DNA of 60,144 nt from positions 1-60,144 of the forward strand of contig CAZBAJ010000006.1 in the NCBI GenBank assembly GCA_964490125.1. Reading direction: 5' to 3'. Position 1 is the first letter of the stretch. Each line of letters opens with the position of its first letter. The notes under the pieces were generated by a model that saw only the letters and a list, made by a program, of their open reading frames with translations, was not told the origin of the DNA and did no database searches. The translations under genes and the position numbers were made by a program. This DNA comes from an uncultured Candidatus Saccharibacteria bacterium. Its GTDB lineage: Bacteria > Patescibacteriota > WWE3 > UBA101185 > UBA10185. This document shows, piece by piece, positions 1 to 7,693 of this stretch.

Positions 1-2
1 TA

Positions 3-3000
3 ACCATTACTCCCGCGTCAAATTTAATTATAAACAATGGTAGCGTTGGGATAGGAAACACCTCGCCGTCGTACGCACTTGATGTTGCTGGAACTGGTAA
101 TTTTACTGGTGACCTCCGCTTAACCGGAGCATTTTACGATACTTCCGCTTCTGCAGGTACTTCTGGTCAGTATCTTAAGTCCACCGCAACTGGAACTGCT
201 TGGGCAACACTTACCCCGGGTTCAGAGACCTTACCAACTGGTACAGAGGGTCAAACACTTTATTATAATGCCAACACCAGTCTGTGGACAGCCAGCTCCT
301 CATTATTTTATGACGATGTTACCAGTAGATTGGGTGTAGGCACCACGGCACCCGCCTACAAACTTGATGTCAACGGAGACATTAGGATAGCCTCGGGAAG
401 TAAGCTAATTGGCGCAACGCAAAGTTTTATTGACACCAACCGCCACGGCTTTTTAAACCAAACAGAAACCTCCATGTCGTTTGACGGTACAAAAATCTTT
501 ACATTAGCTGACGCCGGTTCTGGTTGGTCTTACTATCGCTCGGGAATTAAATACACAATAACTGGAAACAAAACCATTGACTTAACGACGGTTGATAATC
601 CTTTAGTTGACGGGACAACATACTATATTTATATTGACTCAACAACAGGAGCGTTGTCTGCCGCCAGCTCGTCCTGGACGCTAAATGATACAAAGGTTCC
701 TGTTGCCACAGTGCTTTGGAATAATACTTTAACGCCCAAATATCAGTTGGCAGAAGAAAGACACACGGTTCTAATTGACAGAAGGACACATTACTGGCAA
801 CACTTTTTGGTTGGCGCAAAAGCGGTAGTTGCTGGTGCAATTGACCCGGCGTCGTACGCGCTAAATACCGACACTAATGTGTCCAAAACCTTTTCCATTG
901 CGCAAACCACCTTTGCCGACGAAGACTTGGTGCAAACCTTGTCTGCGTTACCAGATCCCAACGGAACTGCAGAAGACTATGTGGTTTTTTATAGGACAGG
1001 AGCTTCTACTTGGGCTTGGAAAAACTCTAATATGCCTTTTGTTTACAATGTGGGCAACACTAACGACAGAATTCAGTACGACAATAACGGCACCATGACG
1101 GATTCTATCGCAAATCGTTGGTATAACTCTTATGTTTTATTCACCAATTTTCAGGGATCCGCAAGATATGTAGTTATTCCGGGGAGAAATGTCTTTACCT
1201 CTTTAGCCAACGCCCAAGCAGAAGCCCCTTCATCTTTTTCCTTTGCCGGTTTTCCGGTTCAAGAGGCCCAAATTGCCTACAGAATCACCTGGACAACAAC
1301 CAATTCAACTTCTCAAGGAAAATGCCGTTTGGCAGCAACTCCACAGTCAATTAACTTGTCTGCCATATCTACCGTTAGCTCCGGTTCCAGCGTAGATCAT
1401 AATAGTTTAGCAGGACTGCAAGGAGGCGCCTCAAATGAGTACTACCACCTGACCTCTGCTCAACAACTAGGTTTAACAACTGTTGGTGCTGGGTATGTTC
1501 CTTATGCTACATCAGAAGGCGTTTTGGGAAATTCTAGTATTTTTGAAACCGGAGGTAGCATTGGTATAGGCACCACATCGCCTGGAGAAAAGTTAGAAAT
1601 CGTTGGCAACCTTAAGTTCTCCGGCACGGATCCAAACGTGTCAACCACCACAGGTTTTGATTTTGACTTGGGCGACTCCGCAGGGTCATACAACTTTGAC
1701 ATTAGAAACTCCGGCGATGTCAATTTACTTTCCATAAACAGTTTAGGTGGACTAATTTTGGACGGAACAACGGGTTCCAGCGGAGTATTTAACTTTGCGC
1801 CAACTACCACAACCGACGCCTTTACTATAAATAAATCAGGCGCGGGTACGGGTGCGGTCTTTAGGGTAAATGACGCCGGGGCAGGGGACATTTCACCTTT
1901 TATTATTACCAGTACAGGTCTTGTGGGAATTGGAACTACAGCTCCCGGGAACCTTTTGGAAATTGTAGGTACCTCCAACCACTTGTCGCTAACCTATGAT
2001 GCCGACAATTACAATGTATTTAGCGTAGCTAGCGACGGCACTTTGTCGCACATTAATAACGGCACCACTGTGGCAACTTACAGCGAGTCCACCATTAATT
2101 TTAATGTCCCGTCCAGCTTTAATGTGGTGGGTGATGTTAACATGGCATACAACCTTGTAATGGAAAATCCGGTAAGTTCTGCTATTTCTTTTGCGGGGGC
2201 GGGGACTGTTGCAACTACAAGTCCAACTGATAATCTTAATTTAACCCTTTCTGCCGCTAATTTGGGGACGGTTTTTGTGGACGACACCTTAACGCTGTCC
2301 GGTGTTATCCAACCCGCAACGGATTCAACAAGCGCTATAAAATTCCAAAGCGCTTTGGGTGCAAACATTTTAAGTATTGACACCACAAACGGGTGGGTGG
2401 GAGTGGGGACAACAAGTCCCACAGCCAAACTAACCATCGCCCGTGATTTCACTGGTTCCGGGGTAACAGGTTACGGATTTAATGTCATAGCTACAGATTC
2501 CACAAACAACGCTAACACAGATTACGGAGTTTATAGTTCTTTGGCGCTAACCGGCAATGCCGCCAAAACAGGCGTGGGACTTTATTCGTCCCTGTCAACC
2601 GCGTCTACAACGGCAGACACGCTAATTGGTGCAGATATTACTACCTCTACTTCCGGTATTATCACAACAGGAACTAGAAGTATTTATGGAATAAGAAGTC
2701 AGCCCGCCTCTACGGGTGCCTCTACTGGCGGGACCACCAATGTGTATGGCGGTTATTTTAAAGCCGGGGGAACAGTAGGCACGGGCGGAACCATAAATTC
2801 CTACGGACTCTATGTTGCTAACGGGACCATGAACACTACAGGTACAACCAAGAACATTGGCCTATATGTAGAAAGTCCAACAGGAGCAACCACTAATTAC
2901 GCTGCCATTTTTGCTGGCGGTAATGTTGGTATAGGTACCGCCACACCACTGGCTTTGTTAGATGTTAACGGGGTAGGAGCTTTTGGACTAGGAACAGTAA

Positions 3001-4484
3001 GCGCGCCAGGTATAGCCTTTAGGACAGATTTGGATACCGGTCTTTGGTCTTCTGGCGACAACACTTTGAATTTATCGACTGGGGCAACAGAAGCTATGCG
3101 GATTTCCAGCGCAGGATTTGTGGGCATAGGTACCACGGCTCCAACCTATCCGCTTTCCGTAGGAGGGGATAGCGCCCTCATTGCTAACGACACCGGTAAC
3201 CTAACCATTACCCCTGCGTCAAACCTAATAATAAGTAGCGGTAGTATTGGAGTGGGTACAACCGCGCCGGGCGCAAAGTTAGAGGTAGTTGGCGGGGAGG
3301 TTAGGGTAGCAACCTTGGCAAGTGCCAACTACTATGTTTGTGTAGACGCAAATGGCGAGTTATTTGAAAGCGCCACCGCCTGTGCCGGCTCCGATATTAG
3401 GTTAAAGGAAAATATTAATCCGTTTGCCTCGGCGCTTGAGGGTGTAATGGCCCTTAACCCCATCACTTTTAATTGGAAGAATAAGCAAGAATCTGGTTCA
3501 CAGTTAGAAGTTGGTTTTATTGCGCAGGAGATGGAAAAAATTTTCCCTCAAGTCGTGCGCACTAATCCGGATGGCTTTAAGGGAATAAAGTACGATGTTT
3601 TCTCCGCGGTGCTTACCAAAGCCATTCAGGAACAAGAACTTAAAATTTCAGGAATGGACGACTTTATGATGCAAACTAACCAAACTTTGGAGGCTCTGTC
3701 TACCACCCAAGAGGAAAATTCAAGGCAAATTGCCCAAATTCAATCTTTGTTGGATGTATTGGGAATCCAAGACCCGTCCCAGTCAAGCGAGTCGTCAGAG
3801 TCCTCACAGTCCGTCGGACTTGCTGGCATCCTAAATGTCAATCTGCTAAACAGTCTACAAACTATGTATGACAATATTGTCCAGCTAGTAGAGGCTTTAG
3901 GACTTAAACAGGTGGATGGGGAGCTTGTAGTAGAAAGCCCCATGACCGTTTTAGGTGACGCAAGTTTTGCGGATGTTAATATTTCTGGCGATTTAATGGT
4001 CGGACTGCTAGAAGTAAATTCTTTGGAGAACTCTATAAATGTAATTGGACCTTCCTGTGTTGGCACAGCAAGTGAAGAAGACAAAGCGACATTAAACGAC
4101 GAGATATGTAAATCACAGACAATATATTTGCAAAAGAACCTAGCTGGAAACATTAACATGTTTAACGGCGCAATTGTATTTAGTCCTAATGGAAACATTA
4201 CCGCGGGAGAAATTGACGCTAAAAAACTCGTTGCCCAGGTATATGGAATAAATAGCATCGGTCAAAGCGTAGGGGAGGGGGTCATTCCTGCCGGGGAAAC
4301 CAATATCGTTATCACCTCGTCAACTGCCCAAAGCAATTATAAAGTGTTTGTAACGGCAACCTCTAACACGGGGGGCGTGGAACTGTTTGTTAAAGAAAAA
4401 TCGCAAGGGGATTTTGTGGTCGCGCTTTCTGGAATCTCCGCCACGGATATAAAGTTTGACTGGTGGGTTGTTCGAGTAGATTAA
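3..4484 (+). CDS. Giant repeat-rich surface/tail-fibre-like protein with C-terminal peptidase S74 intramolecular chaperone domain; 5' end lies outside the window
   Basis: The frame of ORF 330..4484 is open back to position 3. Many VGIGTTxP repeats; S74 motif SDIRLKENI...LNPITFNWK...VGFIAQEME, followed by a coiled coil. Confidence 0.85.
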   Translation, partial: TITPASNLIINNGSVGIGNTSPSYALDVAGTGNFTGDLRLTGAFYDTSASAGTSGQYLKSTATGTAWATLTPGSETLPTGTEGQTLYYNANTSLWTASSSLFYDDVTSRLGVGTTAPAYKLDVNGDIRIASGSKLIGATQSFIDTNRHGFLNQTETSMSFDGTKIFTLADAGSGWSYYRSGIKYTITGNKTIDLTTVDNPLVDGTTYYIYIDSTTGALSAASSSWTLNDTKVPVATVLWNNTLTPKYQLAEERHTVLIDRRTHYWQHFLVGAKAVVAGAIDPASYALNTDTNVSKTFSIAQTTFADEDLVQTLSALPDPNGTAEDYVVFYRTGASTWAWKNSNMPFVYNVGNTNDRIQYDNNGTMTDSIANRWYNSYVLFTNFQGSARYVVIPGRNVFTSLANAQAEAPSSFSFAGFPVQEAQIAYRITWTTTNSTSQGKCRLAATPQSINLSAISTVSSGSSVDHNSLAGLQGGASNEYYHLTSAQQLGLTTVGAGYVPYATSEGVLGNSSIFETGGSIGIGTTSPGEKLEIVGNLKFSGTDPNVSTTTGFDFDLGDSAGSYNFDIRNSGDVNLLSINSLGGLILDGTTGSSGVFNFAPTTTTDAFTINKSGAGTGAVFRVNDAGAGDISPFIITSTGLVGIGTTAPGNLLEIVGTSNHLSLTYDADNYNVFSVASDGTLSHINNGTTVATYSESTINFNVPSSFNVVGDVNMAYNLVMENPVSSAISFAGAGTVATTSPTDNLNLTLSAANLGTVFVDDTLTLSGVIQPATDSTSAIKFQSALGANILSIDTTNGWVGVGTTSPTAKLTIARDFTGSGVTGYGFNVIATDSTNNANTDYGVYSSLALTGNAAKTGVGLYSSLSTASTTADTLIGADITTSTSGIITTGTRSIYGIRSQPASTGASTGGTTNVYGGYFKAGGTVGTGGTINSYGLYVANGTMNTTGTTKNIGLYVESPTGATTNYAAIFAGGNVGIGTATPLALLDVNGVGAFGLGTVSAPGIAFRTDLDTGLWSSGDNTLNLSTGATEAMRISSAGFVGIGTTAPTYPLSVGGDSALIANDTGNLTITPASNLIISSGSIGVGTTAPGAKLEVVGGEVRVATLASANYYVCVDANGELFESATACAGSDIRLKENINPFASALEGVMALNPITFNWKNKQESGSQLEVGFIAQEMEKIFPQVVRTNPDGFKGIKYDVFSAVLTKAIQEQELKISGMDDFMMQTNQTLEALSTTQEENSRQIAQIQSLLDVLGIQDPSQSSESSESSQSVGLAGILNVNLLNSLQTMYDNIVQLVEALGLKQVDGELVVESPMTVLGDASFADVNISGDLMVGLLEVNSLENSINVIGPSCVGTASEEDKATLNDEICKSQTIYLQKNLAGNINMFNGAIVFSPNGNITAGEIDAKKLVAQVYGINSIGQSVGEGVIPAGETNIVITSSTAQSNYKVFVTATSNTGGVELFVKEKSQGDFVVALSGISATDIKFDWWVVRVD

Positions 4485-4512
4485 TTTCTATGTATGTATA
4501 ATTATATGTATT

Positions 4513-4695
4513 ATGGATAAAATAATCTTGACTAAAGGTGGCACCCCATTTGCTACGCTAAAAGCCTCCAGAGAAGAAAAAAGAAAGCTACTTGCAAACT
4601 GCGCCGGTGCTTGGGCTAATACAGAGCTAGATAGCGATAAGTTTTGGGCTAAACCGTTGGTCAGAAAGTCCAAGAAGGCTATACCTAAATTATAA
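4513..4695 (+). CDS. Short antitoxin (Phd/YefM-like, N-terminally reduced)
   Basis: 60 aa with an IILTKGGTPFA motif; its stop overlaps the start of the downstream PIN gene. Confidence 0.6.
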   Translation: MDKIILTKGGTPFATLKASREEKRKLLANCAGAWANTELDSDKFWAKPLVRKSKKAIPKL

Positions 4696-5144
4696 TGCTA
4701 AACCCGTATCTACTAGATACATCTATTATAGTGATGTGCTTGCGCAACAAGCTCTCATTTGATCATCTTTTGTCGACTTATGGGGGTAGCGACATAACAT
4801 CGTCCATGGTGTGCCTGGCGGAGTTGTATAGCGGTGTTTTTAAGTCAGCAAGAAAAGAAGAAAACGAGCAAAAAGTGCTGGAGTTTTTTAGTGGACTAGA
4901 TGAAGTCTTTGGATTAGATGTTACGGTTGTTAAAAAGTTTGGGGAGATAAAAAATCAACTAGAAAAAGCAGGTAACAACATAGAGGACTTTGATCTTTTG
5001 ATAGCGGCCACTTGTCTAGCACATGGTTGCGTTTTGATTACATTAAATACTAAGCATTTTGAACGGGTTCCAAACCTAGCCACGGTTACGCCAAAGTTAC
5101 CATCTTTATCTTATGCACAAATGACGAGGTTTGGTAGGGTTTAA
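4695..5144 (+). CDS. vapC: VapC-family PIN ribonuclease toxin
   Basis: YLLDTSII, SSMVCLAELYSG, DFDLLIAATCL, LITLNTKHF motifs. Confidence 0.9.
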   Translation: MLNPYLLDTSIIVMCLRNKLSFDHLLSTYGGSDITSSMVCLAELYSGVFKSARKEENEQKVLEFFSGLDEVFGLDVTVVKKFGEIKNQLEKAGNNIEDFDLLIAATCLAHGCVLITLNTKHFERVPNLATVTPKLPSLSYAQMTRFGRV

Positions 5145-5184
5145 TAAAGTCTACTATAGTCTAACAAATTATAACAGCATCCGC

Positions 5185-5213
5185 TTTACATAGCCACAAT
5201 AATAGTGTAAGCT
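5185..5213 (+). promoter_or_regulatory. sigma70-like promoter of DGR target 1 (leaderless-type)
   Basis: TTTACA-17 nt-TAAGCT, ending 6 nt before ATG 5220. Confidence 0.55.
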
Positions 5214-5219
5214 AAAAAT

Positions 5220-6734
5220 ATGCCCGCTGGTAAAAAACTTGCCTTACTCACCTTACTAACAGCTTTTTCTTTAGCAACTTTCTGTGTCACAGCATTGGCA
5301 ATTAATACCAAGTTTAATGGCACGACGGGGAAGATACGGGCGATAGGGGAAACGGGGATGGTGGACAAAATAGGGGAGGTGGCAGGACTTGAAACCACCT
5401 CGATGGGTCAGGGCATTTTAGAAGACCAAGTGGCTTGGCAATATACCCAACAAACGCCAGATTACACCGCCTCTTTTGCCGTCACCCAGCAACAAACCAT
5501 AGTCAAACTCCAAAAAGCAAATTTTACGGCAATTTTTAGCCAAAATTTGCAAAACCCCACTCTCCAAAGGGTGTACGATAAGGACAGTCAAGATAATTAT
5601 GACAACCAAACCAATCAGACTGGTCAACTAGAAAAAATCCAAAAAACCCAACAAGTCCACCCAAAGTACATTTTTACCGATACTGTCACCAACACTCAAT
5701 ATGTCTACCACATAACGCCCCAAGGTCTAAAAGAAGACATTATTTTTTCAAGTCGGCCAACCGCGCTATTTTTACCGCTTACTGTGCAAGCGCCGGGTTT
5801 AATTATGCAGTTTGACGACGGGGGGAAGCCTGTTTTTTACGACTCTGCCATGCAGGAGCAATTCCATTTAGAAGCGCCTTGGGCAAAGGACGCTAAGGGT
5901 AGCCAAACCACCGCTTTGTTTTATGCCCAGGCAGAACCGTCAAAAGACCCTAGTGTTAATAACCTTTCTTTGGTATTAGATACCGCGTGGTTTGCCGACC
6001 CGGCTAGAGTCTACCCGGTAATAGTGGATCCCATTGTTTTTTTTAGGGGTATTAATTTGCGCGGGGTTAATGTTAACCGCATTCCTCCAACCACCTGTAC
6101 AGCTTATACCGGTTGCGGTGAGGGTTTTGATATTACCTGCGTTCACACTAAATATAACGGTGTGGCACCTGTGGCAAAAACCGTAATTTATAAAACAGTG
6201 CAATCAAATTTAACAGGTACCAATATGTGCTGGCTGGCTCAAAATTTAGGGGCTACAGATCAAGCAAGCTCTGCTACGGACAATGACGAAGACTCCGCCG
6301 GTTGGTACTTCCAGTTTAACCGCAAACAAGGGTTTAAACATACCACCACCAGAACTCCCGCCACCACTTGGATACCAAGCATAAGTGAAAGCGCAAATTG
6401 GGCGGATGCCCAAAACCCTTGCAAACTGGAACTGGGCACAGATTGGCGGTTGCCTACCTCCACGGAGTGGCAAACGGCTGACGCTAATGGTGAGGTTGGC
6501 GGATGGGATAATTATAACGAGACTTACGCGTCCCCCCTAAAACTCCATGCAACCGGCTACATCGATAGCTCCTCTGGAGCCCTCGCCAATCGCGGTAGCT
6601 TCGGCAGCTACTGGAGTAGTACCCAGCACTCTGCTACTAACGGGTACTACCTCAGCTTCGCCAGTGGCAACAGCAACCTGAGTGGCAACAGTAAGGCCCG
6701 CGGTTTTCCCGTCAGGTGCCTTAGGAATCTCTAA
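5220..6734 (+). CDS. DGR target protein 1: N-terminal signal/TM segment, shared scaffold domain, C-terminal FISUMP-like CLec domain containing VR1
   Basis: CWLAQNLGA...WRLPT...YWSST...PVRCL motifs; the last ~60 codons align to TR. Confidence 0.9.
   Translation: MPAGKKLALLTLLTAFSLATFCVTALAINTKFNGTTGKIRAIGETGMVDKIGEVAGLETTSMGQGILEDQVAWQYTQQTPDYTASFAVTQQQTIVKLQKANFTAIFSQNLQNPTLQRVYDKDSQDNYDNQTNQTGQLEKIQKTQQVHPKYIFTDTVTNTQYVYHITPQGLKEDIIFSSRPTALFLPLTVQAPGLIMQFDDGGKPVFYDSAMQEQFHLEAPWAKDAKGSQTTALFYAQAEPSKDPSVNNLSLVLDTAWFADPARVYPVIVDPIVFFRGINLRGVNVNRIPPTTCTAYTGCGEGFDITCVHTKYNGVAPVAKTVIYKTVQSNLTGTNMCWLAQNLGATDQASSATDNDEDSAGWYFQFNRKQGFKHTTTRTPATTWIPSISESANWADAQNPCKLELGTDWRLPTSTEWQTADANGEVGGWDNYNETYASPLKLHATGYIDSSSGALANRGSFGSYWSSTQHSATNGYYLSFASGNSNLSGNSKARGFPVRCLRNL
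6548..6722 (+). repeat. DGR variable repeat VR1
   Basis: Ungapped 175-bp alignment to TR 11761-11935: 15 mismatches at TR adenines plus 5 non-adenine mismatches confined to 6552-6598. Confidence 0.95.
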
Positions 6735-6806
6735 CATGGTTGGTAGCGTACCTCTTAGTCCCGCCAAAGGCGGGACCTTGATTTATTTGTCAATTTGACT
6801 ATTTTG
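6723..6806 (+). repeat. 84-bp tail after VR1 (IMH, stop codon, hairpin), identical to 10622-10705
   Basis: Base-for-base identity AGGAATCTCTAA...GACTATTTTG. Confidence 0.95.
6758..6776 (+). promoter_or_regulatory. DGR target-recognition hairpin after VR1
   Basis: GTCCCGCC-AAA-GGCGGGAC, perfect 8-bp stem 35 nt after the VR end; absent after TR. Confidence 0.85.
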
Positions 6807-6852
6807 AATTTTTTCTCTCCCCCCTTGAATTAGCCAACGGGCTTTAGAAGAG

Positions 6853-6928
6853 TGTAAGAGCGGAAGGCGTGTACCCCAAAATGCCAAAAATCAATGTTTA
6901 CAATTAAAATAAAACCCGCTTTTGGCGG
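6853..6928 (+). repeat. Direct repeat, left flank of NYN module
   Basis: 6853-6904 matches 7623-7674 at 49/52; similarity continues to 6928/7693 with a 5-nt indel. Confidence 0.9.
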
Positions 6929-6930
6929 AC
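6911..6930 (-). terminator. Probable intrinsic terminator of NYN gene
   Basis: Minus strand CCGC-CAAAA-GCGG-GTTTTATTTT immediately after the NYN stop. Confidence 0.5.
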
Positions 6931-6931
6931 T

Positions 6932-7537
6932 TTAAGGTGAGTATGACTTGACGACATCTGCATCGTCAATGAGTATATTTTTACTCGTGGTGTATATCAG
7001 ACCCTTGTTGGGAGAGCTCTTGAAACCCAGATATACCACTTGGATTCCTCGTGCAGTAGCTTCTTTAATAGCGGGCTGAAGGTCGGAATCAGAACTGCAG
7101 AGTATAACAGTGGTCACCGCTTTGTCGCAAGCCGCTAATACTAAATCTACAGCGATTTTCACATCCACACCTTTTTCATTAAAAACATAGTGTGGATTAT
7201 TAGCCGTTAATGCTTTGCCGACCGTACTGGCTCTAACACTACCGGAAATGATGTACTTGTAACCCTTTTTTTCCAAAGTAGTTTTTAAAATACGCTGGAT
7301 TTTAATTAACTCCATCGACTTGTTCTTAAATGCTGGATGGAGCTGGATTTTTGCAGAATAATACCTATGCTCTTTAATTTTATAGTTGGCTAAAACGGTG
7401 GTAAATAATTTTACGATATCGATATTCAAGATGGTTTTGCTTGATACTGTAATACCGGCACCTCTTAAAACGCCCGTTACTTTGTGTCTAAAATTTTCTC
7501 CGTCTATGAACAGGAAGTTTGTATTTGGTATGGTCAT
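6932..7537 (-). CDS. NYN/LabA-DUF88 (PIN-like) ribonuclease
   Basis: FIDGENF, EKGVDVKIAVDL, SSDSDLQPAI motifs. Confidence 0.9.
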   Translation of the reverse strand: MTIPNTNFLFIDGENFRHKVTGVLRGAGITVSSKTILNIDIVKLFTTVLANYKIKEHRYYSAKIQLHPAFKNKSMELIKIQRILKTTLEKKGYKYIISGSVRASTVGKALTANNPHYVFNEKGVDVKIAVDLVLAACDKAVTTVILCSSDSDLQPAIKEATARGIQVVYLGFKSSPNKGLIYTTSKNILIDDADVVKSYSP

Positions 7538-7544
7538 ATTACAT

Positions 7545-7584
7545 AAAACCCCGCCGAGCGTTAAGCATAGGCGGGGCGTTGATA
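7545..7584 (-). ncRNA. Putative short terminated leader/antitoxin RNA upstream of NYN
   Basis: Between the promoter and the ATG, minus strand CCCCGCC-14 nt-GGCGGGG followed by TTTT. Confidence 0.5.
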
Positions 7585-7589
7585 GCTAT

Positions 7590-7618
7590 CTTATATCCTA
7601 GTTTTATCTTAAAGTCAA
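7590..7618 (-). promoter_or_regulatory. sigma70 promoter of NYN module
   Basis: Minus strand TTGACT (7618-7613)-17 nt-TATAAG (7595-7590). Confidence 0.75.
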
Positions 7619-7622
7619 GTTT

Positions 7623-7693
7623 TGTAAGGGCGGAAGGTATGTACCCCAAAATGCCAAAAATCAATGTTTACAATCAAAACCCACTTTTGGAGG
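7623..7693 (+). repeat. Direct repeat, right flank of NYN module
   Basis: Copy of 6853-6928, period 770 bp. Confidence 0.9.

Noticed and set aside
3-4484. Prophage, because of the S74 tail-fibre domain
   Set aside because: No capsid, terminase, portal or integrase gene in the window.
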